Source: an uncultured bacterium
GTDB taxonomy: Bacteria; Armatimonadota; Abditibacteriia; Abditibacteriales; Abditibacteriaceae
Assembly (NCBI GenBank): GCA_963843795.1
Contig: CAWJLW010000006.1
Span: 2,418,001-2,482,000 of the forward strand
Length of the DNA: 64,000 nucleotides
Reading direction: 5' to 3'
Under the pieces are notes generated by a model, which saw only the letters and a program-made list of their open reading frames with translations, did no database searches and had not been told where the DNA came from. This document shows positions 53,712 through 62,206 of the stretch, one piece after another (positions within the stretch are counted from its first letter, which is position 1; the number at the start of each line of letters is the position of its first letter). A program made the position numbers and the translations under genes.

Positions 53712-54668
53712 ATGACAGCAACCCGACACATTGAAATTTTAGATACGCACACTGGCGGCGAACCGACGCGCATCGTCGTCGCGGGCGCGCCCGATTTGGG
53801 TAGTGGAACCATCGCGGAACGCGCACAAACTTTTCGCGAAAAGTTTGACGGTTTTCGCAGTTGTGTAGTCAACGAGCCGCGCGGTAGCGATGTGATGGTG
53901 GGCGCGCTTTTGTTGGAGCCGCACGATAAAACGTGCACCGTGGGCGTAATTTTTTTCAATAATGTCGGCGTTCTGGGAATGTGCGGACATGGCAGCATCG
54001 GCGTCGGTGTGGCACTGCAATTTTTGGGGCGCGCGCAAAGTGGGCTGCATCGTGTGGAAACTCCGGTCGGAAATGTCGAAATCGACCTGCAAAGCGAGCA
54101 TCGTGTGGCCGTCGAAAACGTGCCGTCCTACCGTTTTCGCCGTGCCGTGACGGTTGAAGTCGAAGAATACGGCACAGTAACCGGCGACATCGCGTGGGGC
54201 GGCAACTGGTTTTTCTTGGTCGGCCAACACCAAGAACGCGTGGCGGAAGATAATATCGCGCGCCTGACCGAGGTTTCGCTGCGCATTCGACGGGCGTTGG
54301 AAGCGCAAAATATCAGCGGGCGCGATGGCGGCGTTATCGACCATATCGAACTGTTCTCCGTGCCGACGACCGAAGGTGCGAACTCGAAAAATTTCGTCTT
54401 GTGCCCAGGCGCAGCTTATGATCGTTCGCCATGCGGAACCGGTACTAGCGCGAAAATTGCCTGTTTGGCAGCAGATGGCAAATTGGCGCCGGGCGAAACT
54501 TGGGTGCAGGAATCCGTTATCGGCAGCACCTTTGAAGCTTCCTATCAAAATACCAGCGAGCCAGATATTATCGTGCCAAAAATCGTCGGCAGTGCGTGGA
54601 TCATGGGACAGGGCACATTAATCGTTCAAGAGGGTGACCCGTTCGCTGAAGGAATTCGCTTGAAATAG
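53712..54668 (+). CDS. Proline racemase family enzyme, probably 4-hydroxyproline 2-epimerase
   Basis: DTHTGGEPTR; both catalytic Cys present (GMCGHG, DRSPCGTG). Confidence 0.92.
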   Translation: MTATRHIEILDTHTGGEPTRIVVAGAPDLGSGTIAERAQTFREKFDGFRSCVVNEPRGSDVMVGALLLEPHDKTCTVGVIFFNNVGVLGMCGHGSIGVGVALQFLGRAQSGLHRVETPVGNVEIDLQSEHRVAVENVPSYRFRRAVTVEVEEYGTVTGDIAWGGNWFFLVGQHQERVAEDNIARLTEVSLRIRRALEAQNISGRDGGVIDHIELFSVPTTEGANSKNFVLCPGAAYDRSPCGTGTSAKIACLAADGKLAPGETWVQESVIGSTFEASYQNTSEPDIIVPKIVGSAWIMGQGTLIVQEGDPFAEGIRLK

Positions 54669-54680
54669 CGAAAACAGCGG

Positions 54681-54712
54681 AATCAGCAGCGCAAGTACCT
54701 GCATTGCTGATT
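54681..54712. terminator. Hairpin with a variant core between convergent genes
   Basis: AATCAGCAGCGCAAGTACCTGCATTGCTGATT. Confidence 0.6.
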
Positions 54713-54740
54713 TGCATTTACGCGTCAGGGTCGCCCTCTT

Positions 54741-55697
54741 TTAAACATCCGACATTGCGTGCAATGTTTCCCAGAAATTCGCGTCGTAGGTTTGTTGCCA
54801 TAAGCCGCGCACTTGTCCCAACAAATAACGCCGCCTGTTTACGTTATAACTGGCAAATTGTGCGGCATCGCCCGCCAAATCATCCTCGTGCTCGACATCA
54901 AAAGCTGTTTGCAACGTTTGATTGAGCACGGTGCGATCTTGCATTTCGCCCAGCACATCCTGCAATTCGACCAGAATTTTCACCGCCGCTTTGACTTTGC
55001 CATCATACGCCGGAGCGAAAGCTTCCAGTGTATAGCGCGTGCGGCGCAGCGCTTTGCGCAGTTCGTGCTGCCCGGTTTCATTAGCGCCTTCATCCAAGGT
55101 TTGGCCCAAAGCAAGCGAGGCTTCGATGCGGCTTTGCAAAATAAGGCGCGCGGCTTCGCGCAGCGAAATTTCATCTTCCGACAAACCGGCTACGCCAGCC
55201 AGACTTGCCCCCCAAATCCGAAATTCGCTGCGCAATTTTTTTGGGCGTCGGTCTTTTTTAAGGCGGCGCGCTAAAATCTTGAATTCATCGGCGCGCTCGT
55301 CCCGCAAATACTTGCGGAAACTTTGCAATTCTTCGGACGCGTCGAGATTCAGATTTTCGCGTGCGGCAAACTCATTCAGATACTCTTCGAGAACATCAAA
55401 GTCGCGCACCGCGCCCATGATATCGCCCAATTTTCCCAAATCGCTGCGGTGCGCTTTGATTTGCTTGACGATGTCGCGCGACAGCCACGCGCGCGCCTGC
55501 GGCTCCTGATAATTTTCCAGACACGAGCGCAAACGTCGCAGCGCAACGCGCATATCGTGCAAGGCTTCGGCATCGCCCGCAAGTACTTGCGCGTGGTGCG
55601 ACCACGCTTTATCCCACAAACTCATGCTGAGCAGGCTCGCGCCCAGCAAAAACGGTTTGTCCGGCTTAATTCCAGCATCGCCCGCAATATCCGCCAT
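54741..55697 (-). CDS. CHAD domain (polyphosphate-binding) protein
   Basis: EALHDMRVALRRLRS, GAVRDFDV, HELRKALRRTRYTLE, LQDVLGEMQD. Confidence 0.9.
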   Translation of the reverse strand: MADIAGDAGIKPDKPFLLGASLLSMSLWDKAWSHHAQVLAGDAEALHDMRVALRRLRSCLENYQEPQARAWLSRDIVKQIKAHRSDLGKLGDIMGAVRDFDVLEEYLNEFAARENLNLDASEELQSFRKYLRDERADEFKILARRLKKDRRPKKLRSEFRIWGASLAGVAGLSEDEISLREAARLILQSRIEASLALGQTLDEGANETGQHELRKALRRTRYTLEAFAPAYDGKVKAAVKILVELQDVLGEMQDRTVLNQTLQTAFDVEHEDDLAGDAAQFASYNVNRRRYLLGQVRGLWQQTYDANFWETLHAMSDV

Positions 55698-55821
55698 AAA
55701 TTTCTCTACCTCTGGGTTCAATCGTGCGCAAAGTGCGCACCGAGTCCAATCACGACGAATGACAGGTTTAAACGCGCCATGAGATAGACTTTGATTTCCA
55801 ATTTCCAGAGCGGTTTTTCTC

Positions 55822-58800
55822 ATGTCAACACCCAATCTATCCGAACAACCCGGCGCTTCAACACCCAATCCGCAACGCAAACTTTTGTTGCGGGGAATTT
55901 TTGCCATTGCAATTATCGCGATCGCGGCGATAGGAACGATGTGGCGGCGCGCCAATGTTTTGCCAACTCCGGGCACGCCCGAATACACCAAAATGGTACG
56001 CGCGTTTTATACCGGCGTCATCGCGATGCAAGTCGGCGATGACGAGCGCGCCGCGCGTAATCTCAAAAATGCCATCACAATCGTGCCGCCCGAACCCGCC
56101 GCGCACGCCGATTTAGGTGTTCTGGCGCTGCGCGCGCGCGATTTTCCGACAGCTAAAACTAATCTCGACAAAGCGCGCGAACTGGCGCCCAACAACTCCG
56201 AAATCGAAGCGCTTTTGGGCGCTCTGGAAAAAGAACAGGGCAATTTCGACGGCGCGGTTTCGCATCTCAAACGCGCCATCGAACTTGATGGCAACAATCT
56301 GCGCGCTCGTTATGCATTGACCAAAATCATCGCGCAAATCGGAGCGGCGGACGCCGATGCGCAAGTTAAAACTCAGCTCGATGCGATTCTAAAAACGCAG
56401 CCCAATAATTTGGCCGCTCTTCTGGATGCGGCGCGTTTGTCGGCCAAAACCAACGATGCGGCCACGCTGAAAGACGTACTGGCAAAGCTAAGTGCTAACA
56501 GCGGCGGTTGGAGCGCCGAAGCGCGCGAACAATTGCAGGAATTGCAGGCGGCGCCGATTAATCAGGCCACGACGCCCGCGATTTATCTGGCGAACCTGCT
56601 GCGCGCGCTGCCCGAATATCAAAGCGCGCTGCAAGTACTTGCACCAGCGGGCAACGCCGTCGCCGACCCAATCGAGAACTTTCTCGTTCTGCAAATTCCG
56701 TCCTCGCAACCCGCGCCGCCCGATAGCGCGCTGGCTTTCACGGCCAAGAACGTGATGACCAGCGCAAATTCGCAATATGAAGGTGCCCGCGCTTTGATTG
56801 CCGACGAAAAAAGCGTGCCGCTCGCAGTGTTCAACGACCTCAAAACCGTGCAGATTTTCAGCGAACCCAAACCAGTTTCACTGCCGTTCACTGGCACAAA
56901 AACCCTGGCGGTTTTGGATTGGAACGCCGATTTTCAAAACGATTTGCTGGCGGCTGGCGCGCAAGGCTTGAAATTCTGGCAAAACAACGACGGAAAATTC
57001 ACCGATGTGAGCGCACAAACCAAGCTGCCCTCGCAAGTACTTGCGGGCACTTATCAAAACACATGGGTTGCCGACATCGAAGCCGATGGCGATTTGGACA
57101 TCGTTCTCAACCCCACCAATGGCGCGCCACTCGAACTACGCAACAATGGTGATGGCAGTTGGCAAACCCAACCAATTTTCGCTTCAATTGCTGGAATCAA
57201 CGCTTTTATTTGGTCGGATTTCGACAATGATAACGACAACGACGCGGCGCTGCTTGATAGTGCGGGCACGTTGCATTTTTTCACCAATAATCGTTCGGGA
57301 CAGTTCAGCGAGCGCACCGACATGGCAAAAATCGGTGCAGCTTTGGCTCTGGCAGTCAGCGATTTAAACAGCGACGGTATTTTCGATTTGTTGGTGTGGC
57401 AACGAGATGGCGCGCTTTTGCGTTTGTGGCTCGAGGATGACAAATGGCAGCAACAGGTGCTGGGCAAATTCGCCGTCGAGGGGCAATTCACTGTCGCGCG
57501 CTTGCTGTGCGCCGATTTCGATAACAATGGTGCGCCCGATATTTTGGCGAGCGCCGACAATCAAACCCAAATCTGGCTGGGCGCTGGTGGCACCGATCTC
57601 AGCCCGCCGCTGAAGGTTGCGGGCGCAGTTTTCGATGTCGCGGACCTGAACAAAGATGGCCGTCTTGATTTGCTCGGCGTAGAAAACGGCAAGGCGACGC
57701 AGTGGATTAGCGCGGGCACGAAGAATTATCACTGGCAGGAGTTGCGCGCGCGCGCCAAGCAAACCCAGGGCGATGGACGCATCAATTCGTTCGGCATCGG
57801 CGGTGAAATGGAATTGCGCGTTGGCACGATTTACCAAAAACGGATGATTGCGGCGCCGACCGTTCATTTCGGATTGGGCGAAAACACGGCATCTGATGCG
57901 CTGCGTTTGACGTGGCCTAATGGCGACGCGCAAGGCGAATTTGAACTCAAAGCCGATCAAACCATTGTCGCCGAACAACGCTTGACCGGCTCATGTCCGT
58001 ATCTGTTTGTGTGGGATGGAACGCAAATGCGCTTTGTCAAAGATGTCAACTGGCGTTCTCCACTGGGATTGAAAATCAATTCGCAAGACACAGCGGGTAT
58101 TGTGCAAACCGAAGATTGGGCGCACATTCGCGGCGACCAGATGCAAGCCAAAGAAGGCAAATACGATTTGCGCATCACGGCGGATTTGTGGGAAGCGCAT
58201 TATTTCGATACTGTGCAATTGCTCAGCGTCGATCATCCGAAAAATACGCGCGTCTGGGTTGATGAACGCTTTTCGGTTCCGATGCCTCCGCTGCGGGTTT
58301 TAACGACGACAATAGACCAACCTTTAGCGCAAGTATTGGATACACAAAAGCGCGATGTGCGCGCGAAAGTGCGCGACTTGGACGCGGAATATCTCGATTG
58401 CGGGCGCGGCCAATATCAGGGCGTGACGCGCGATCATTGGATCGAAGGTGAACTGCCCGAATCTGCGCCGCGCGACAACAAACTGTGGCTCATCGCACAA
58501 GGCTGGCTGCATCCGACCGATTCTTCGGTCAATGTGGCTCTGGCGCAAAATGGCATCGTGCCGCAGGATTTGAGCCTTGAAGTCGCCGATGGACACGGCG
58601 GTTGGCACGTGGCCCAAGCGCATTTGGGCTTTCCTGCAGGAAAAAACAAAGCGATTACAATTGATCTCAGTCGCGCGTTTGTGGCCAATGCGCCGCGACG
58701 TTTTCGCTTGCGCACCAATCTGGAAATCTATTGGGACAAAATTTCGTGGGCGCTTGAGTTGGATAATTCCAAAACTAAAATCCAGCGTTCGCTCCCGGAA

Positions 58801-59286
58801 ACGGCGCAATTGCGTTATCGCGGTTTCTCGAAAATCGTGGCAAAAAATGCCGCATCGCCGGAATTGCCGACTTCGTATCGACCCGATGCCGGTACGATGG
58901 CGCGCTGGCACGATTTGCCGGGCTTTTACACGCGCTTTGGAGATGTGCGCCCGCTGTTGGAGCGCATTGATGATCGCTACGTTATTATGAACGCGGGCGA
59001 CGAAATGCGCTTGCAATTTGTCGACCCCCCCGCACCAGCCAACGGACAAACGCGTGATTGGATTTTCATCAGCGATGGCTGGACAAAGGATGGCAATTTG
59101 AACACGACATTTTCGCAAACGCTGCTACCTTTGCCAGCGCACAATTTGGCGCAAACCAATGTGCCGCCGACGACGTTGCAAAACGATCCGGTTTACCGAA
59201 AACATCGTGACGATTGGCGCGATTATCACACGCGCTGGATCGATAATCAAAAGTTTCAGGGCGCTCTTCGTGCGGGCTTAAATTGA
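55822..59286 (+). CDS. Membrane-anchored TPR + FG-GAP/VCBS repeat + ASPIC/UnbV-domain protein with C-terminal SCPYLF domain
   Basis: N-terminal TM helix, TPR helices, repeated DxNxDGxxD motifs, VHFGLG, GSCPYLFVWDG. Confidence 0.85.
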   Translation: MSTPNLSEQPGASTPNPQRKLLLRGIFAIAIIAIAAIGTMWRRANVLPTPGTPEYTKMVRAFYTGVIAMQVGDDERAARNLKNAITIVPPEPAAHADLGVLALRARDFPTAKTNLDKARELAPNNSEIEALLGALEKEQGNFDGAVSHLKRAIELDGNNLRARYALTKIIAQIGAADADAQVKTQLDAILKTQPNNLAALLDAARLSAKTNDAATLKDVLAKLSANSGGWSAEAREQLQELQAAPINQATTPAIYLANLLRALPEYQSALQVLAPAGNAVADPIENFLVLQIPSSQPAPPDSALAFTAKNVMTSANSQYEGARALIADEKSVPLAVFNDLKTVQIFSEPKPVSLPFTGTKTLAVLDWNADFQNDLLAAGAQGLKFWQNNDGKFTDVSAQTKLPSQVLAGTYQNTWVADIEADGDLDIVLNPTNGAPLELRNNGDGSWQTQPIFASIAGINAFIWSDFDNDNDNDAALLDSAGTLHFFTNNRSGQFSERTDMAKIGAALALAVSDLNSDGIFDLLVWQRDGALLRLWLEDDKWQQQVLGKFAVEGQFTVARLLCADFDNNGAPDILASADNQTQIWLGAGGTDLSPPLKVAGAVFDVADLNKDGRLDLLGVENGKATQWISAGTKNYHWQELRARAKQTQGDGRINSFGIGGEMELRVGTIYQKRMIAAPTVHFGLGENTASDALRLTWPNGDAQGEFELKADQTIVAEQRLTGSCPYLFVWDGTQMRFVKDVNWRSPLGLKINSQDTAGIVQTEDWAHIRGDQMQAKEGKYDLRITADLWEAHYFDTVQLLSVDHPKNTRVWVDERFSVPMPPLRVLTTTIDQPLAQVLDTQKRDVRAKVRDLDAEYLDCGRGQYQGVTRDHWIEGELPESAPRDNKLWLIAQGWLHPTDSSVNVALAQNGIVPQDLSLEVADGHGGWHVAQAHLGFPAGKNKAITIDLSRAFVANAPRRFRLRTNLEIYWDKISWALELDNSKTKIQRSLPETAQLRYRGFSKIVAKNAASPELPTSYRPDAGTMARWHDLPGFYTRFGDVRPLLERIDDRYVIMNAGDEMRLQFVDPPAPANGQTRDWIFISDGWTKDGNLNTTFSQTLLPLPAHNLAQTNVPPTTLQNDPVYRKHRDDWRDYHTRWIDNQKFQGALRAGLN

Positions 59287-59378
59287 TTCCTGCAGGTACT
59301 TGCAGGTGAGAAAATCGCGCGAAATGGGTATAAAAAACTAGCTGCAAGTACTTGCAGCCTGCTGGCAGCACACATATT

Positions 59379-61196
59379 ATGTCGAATTCTCGCTCTCGCC
59401 TTCCACAAATTATCGCCACTGTTATCTTTGGCGCACTCATCACAGTGCCCATTGTTCTCCAACGTCGCCAGAACACGCAAACCCCCAGCGCGCCCGACCA
59501 GAGCGGCGCGTTGAAACGATACGGTTTTTCACTGACCGAAGCCTCGCAAAAAGCGGGCATCGACTTTAAACATCAGGCACCGAAGCTGGATGCCAAACTT
59601 GACCATATCATGCCTCAAGTCGCTTCGATGGGCGCAGGCGTGGCGATTGGCGACTTCGACCGCGACGGTTGGGACGATATTTATCTCACCAATTCGGCGC
59701 AAAATTCTCTCAACCGTTTGTATCGCAACCGGGGTGATGGCACCTTTGAAGACGTCGCGGGCGCGCTGGGCGTAGCAGACGTGAACCGTTTCGACGGCGA
59801 TTCCAAAGGCACGTCAATGGGCGCCGTGTGGGGCGATTACGACAACGATGGCTGGGAAGACTTGCTGATTTACAAGTGGGGCAAACCGGAATTATTTCAC
59901 AACGATGCGGGCAAAAAGTTTTCGCGCGCAACTGAGACTTCTGGCCTGCCGAACTGGGTGAACGCCAACAACGCCATCTGGTTCGATTACGACCGCGACG
60001 GCAAATTGGATATTTTCATTGGCGGCTACTACGCCGAAAACGTCAATTTATGGAAGCTGACTACGACGCGCATCATGCCCGACAGTTTGGAATACGCGCG
60101 CAACGGCACCCGCAAGTACTTGCTGCACGGAATGGGCAACGGCAAATTCGAAGATGTGACGCAGAAAATGGGCTTGGACAGCAAAAGCTGGACGTTGGCT
60201 GCAGTCGCGGCGGATTTGCGCGGCACGGGCTATCCCGATTTATTCATCGCTAACGATTACGGTGTAGCCGAATTGTGGGCCAATCAAGGTGGCAAAAAAT
60301 TCGTCAATATCGGCAAAGATAGCGGCGTCGGATATGCGCCCAAAAGTGGCATGAACGCTGCGGTTGGCGACGTGATGAACAACGGGAATTTGGCAGTTTA
60401 TGTGTCGAATATCTCCGAGCCAGGCGTTTTATTGCAGGGCAATAACTTGTGGATGCCGAATCCGGGCACCAAAGGCAACGGAGTCAAATATCAAAATCTG
60501 GCGCACGAAATGGGCGTGGAAGATGGCGGTTGGAGCTTTGGCGCGCAGTTCGGAGACTTGAACAACGACGGCCATTTGGATTTATTTTTGGCCAACGGCT
60601 ACGTTTCGGGCGACAAATCGAGCTACTGGTATGATTATTCGAAAGTTGCGGGCGGTAATAGTTCAATTATTTCTGACGCCGCAAACTGGCCGCCGATGAA
60701 CAATCGGAATTTGTCTGGCAATCAGGCCAAACATTTATGGATTAACGATGGAAACGGCAATTTCACCGAAGTCGCGCAAGCCGTCGGCGCAACCGACCGT
60801 TTCGATGGCCGCGCGGTGGCTTTGGCCGATTTCAGAAATAACGGCGCATTAGACATCGTAGAATCGAATCAGCGTGGGCCGTTGCAATTGTATCGCAACA
60901 CGGTGGCCGATGGTCGCGATTGGATTGAATTCGCGCTCGAGGGTGCTCAAAGCAATCGCAGCGCGATTGGTGCGCAAATCGTTATCAATTGGAAAAACGC
61001 GCAGGGCGAACAACAACAGAAACAGGAAATTAGCGGCGGCAGCGGATTTTGCGCGCAAAACTCGCGACGTATACATTTCGGCTTGGGCAAAAACGCAAAA
61101 ATCGAGAAAATTCAAATCCGCTGGCCTTTGGGACAAACGCAAAACGTGGAGGCGATGGCCGTAAATCAACTGCACAAAATCAAGGAAACGCTATGA
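59379..61196 (+). CDS. CRTAC1/ASPIC-UnbV family FG-GAP repeat protein
   Basis: GAGVAIGDFDRDG, several DxDxDG motifs, SNRSAIGA, RIHFGLG. Confidence 0.88.
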   Translation: MSNSRSRLPQIIATVIFGALITVPIVLQRRQNTQTPSAPDQSGALKRYGFSLTEASQKAGIDFKHQAPKLDAKLDHIMPQVASMGAGVAIGDFDRDGWDDIYLTNSAQNSLNRLYRNRGDGTFEDVAGALGVADVNRFDGDSKGTSMGAVWGDYDNDGWEDLLIYKWGKPELFHNDAGKKFSRATETSGLPNWVNANNAIWFDYDRDGKLDIFIGGYYAENVNLWKLTTTRIMPDSLEYARNGTRKYLLHGMGNGKFEDVTQKMGLDSKSWTLAAVAADLRGTGYPDLFIANDYGVAELWANQGGKKFVNIGKDSGVGYAPKSGMNAAVGDVMNNGNLAVYVSNISEPGVLLQGNNLWMPNPGTKGNGVKYQNLAHEMGVEDGGWSFGAQFGDLNNDGHLDLFLANGYVSGDKSSYWYDYSKVAGGNSSIISDAANWPPMNNRNLSGNQAKHLWINDGNGNFTEVAQAVGATDRFDGRAVALADFRNNGALDIVESNQRGPLQLYRNTVADGRDWIEFALEGAQSNRSAIGAQIVINWKNAQGEQQQKQEISGGSGFCAQNSRRIHFGLGKNAKIEKIQIRWPLGQTQNVEAMAVNQLHKIKETL

Positions 61197-62080
61197 AATC
61201 TCCCGCATTGACCGCGCCGGTGGGCGCTGCTCAAAACGAAAACGCATCACCACGACGTTTTAAAATCGACGAACGTTATGTGGCGCCGGTTTTAATCACC
61301 TGCATTTTGTTGGGTGCGCAACTGAATTTTGGCGTGCTGGAAAGTTTTCCGCACACGCTTTTAGCGATTGCGACTTCGATTATCGCGGAGATTTTCTTCA
61401 GCAAGCTGCTGCGCGGAACGTGGCCGCATCTGGCGAGCGCTTATATTTCCGGTATCAGCGTGGGAATTTTGGTCCGCTCGACCGATTTCTGGCCTTATGC
61501 GCTGTGTGCGGCGATTGCGGTGGCTTCGAAATACGTAATTCGCGTCAAAGGCCGCCACATCTGGAATCCATCGAACTTCGCGATTTCGATCATGTTGCTG
61601 ATAGCACCTGCTGCGGTTGCGACTTTGAGCGTGCAGTGGGACAATCGTTTGTGGGCGATGCTGGCGATCTGGGCGTTGGGTTCGGTCATCATCTTGCGTT
61701 TGAAACGGTTTCATATCTGCGCGGCTTATGTGCTGTCATTTTTGGCTTTCGCGGGTTTGCGTAGCCTGATTACCGGGCACAGTTTGGAATCGGAAATTGC
61801 ACCGATCACCGGGCCGATGTATCAGTTGTTCATCTTCTTCATGATTACCGACCCGAAAACCACCGTCGGCAGCAAACGCGCGCAAATCATGGTGGCGATT
61901 GGCGTGGCGGCGATGGAAATGGTGCTGCGCTTGAACCAAAACATTCACGCGCCTTATTACGCATTATTCATCGTCGGCCCGATTGCCAACCTGCTGGAAA
62001 TTTGGAATCGTGAACGCAACGCGAAAAAGCTGGAGGTGCGCTCTGAAGCGATTGTCGAAACGGCTCCGCTCGCGCGTTGA
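61193..62080 (+). CDS. RnfD/NqrB-fold membrane protein (UnbU-like)
   Basis: ATGA overlap with the upstream gene; ASAYISG, SKYVIRVKGRHIWNPSNF, LFIFFMITDPKT. Confidence 0.82.
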   Translation: MKSPALTAPVGAAQNENASPRRFKIDERYVAPVLITCILLGAQLNFGVLESFPHTLLAIATSIIAEIFFSKLLRGTWPHLASAYISGISVGILVRSTDFWPYALCAAIAVASKYVIRVKGRHIWNPSNFAISIMLLIAPAAVATLSVQWDNRLWAMLAIWALGSVIILRLKRFHICAAYVLSFLAFAGLRSLITGHSLESEIAPITGPMYQLFIFFMITDPKTTVGSKRAQIMVAIGVAAMEMVLRLNQNIHAPYYALFIVGPIANLLEIWNRERNAKKLEVRSEAIVETAPLAR

Positions 62081-62088
62081 AATTCAAT

Positions 62089-62140
62089 AAAACGTAAAAA
62101 CGCCCTCTGCAAGTACTTGCAGAGGGCGTTTTTACGTTTT
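62089..62140. terminator. 52-bp perfect palindrome centred on the core, between convergent genes
   Basis: AAAACGTAAAAACGCCCTCTGCAAGT|ACTTGCAGAGGGCGTTTTTACGTTTT. Confidence 0.85.
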
Positions 62141-62206
62141 GACTTTTGAGAATGGGATTATAGGCCCGCACGCTACAAATTGAAACTTGCTAGCGGCTTG
62201 GACTTT

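Larger units (their letters stand above)
5066..62120. repeat. Dispersed highly iterated palindrome GCAAGTACTTGC (extended TGCAAGTACTTGCA)
   Basis: Exact 12-mer starts at 5066, 5138, 5670, 7686, 14513, 15717, 17947, 18465, 21235, 24047, 26414, 28786, 29616, 31024, 32941, 35044, 36660, 36961, 38114, 40436, 44156, 47092, 47872, 49413, 52954, 53679, 55579, 56631, 57033, 59344, 60112, 62109. Near-matches at 5657, 9161, 12101, 12112, 15600, 21886, 22510, 23387, 29628, 38126, 42947, 51149, 54691, 55304, 59292. Confidence 0.98.

Noticed and set aside
12153..59379. N-terminal extensions containing CKYLQ, ASTC or LQVLA in ORF-track starts (14534, 24290, 26362, 29629, 30997, 32934, 44111)
   Set aside because: These are read-through of the intergenic palindrome; better starts with RBS or signal peptides lie downstream, so they were not counted as coding copies.
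5066..62120. The palindrome as a CRISPR repeat or integron attC array
   Set aside because: Copies are irregularly spaced by hundreds to thousands of bp, lie inside housekeeping genes, and lack constant-length spacers or attC ends. No cas or integrase gene is in the window.
5066..62120. The palindrome as an adapter or assembly artefact
   Set aside because: Copies keep reading frames, favour one frame, show natural-looking variants and sit precisely at convergent gene ends with site-specific arms.
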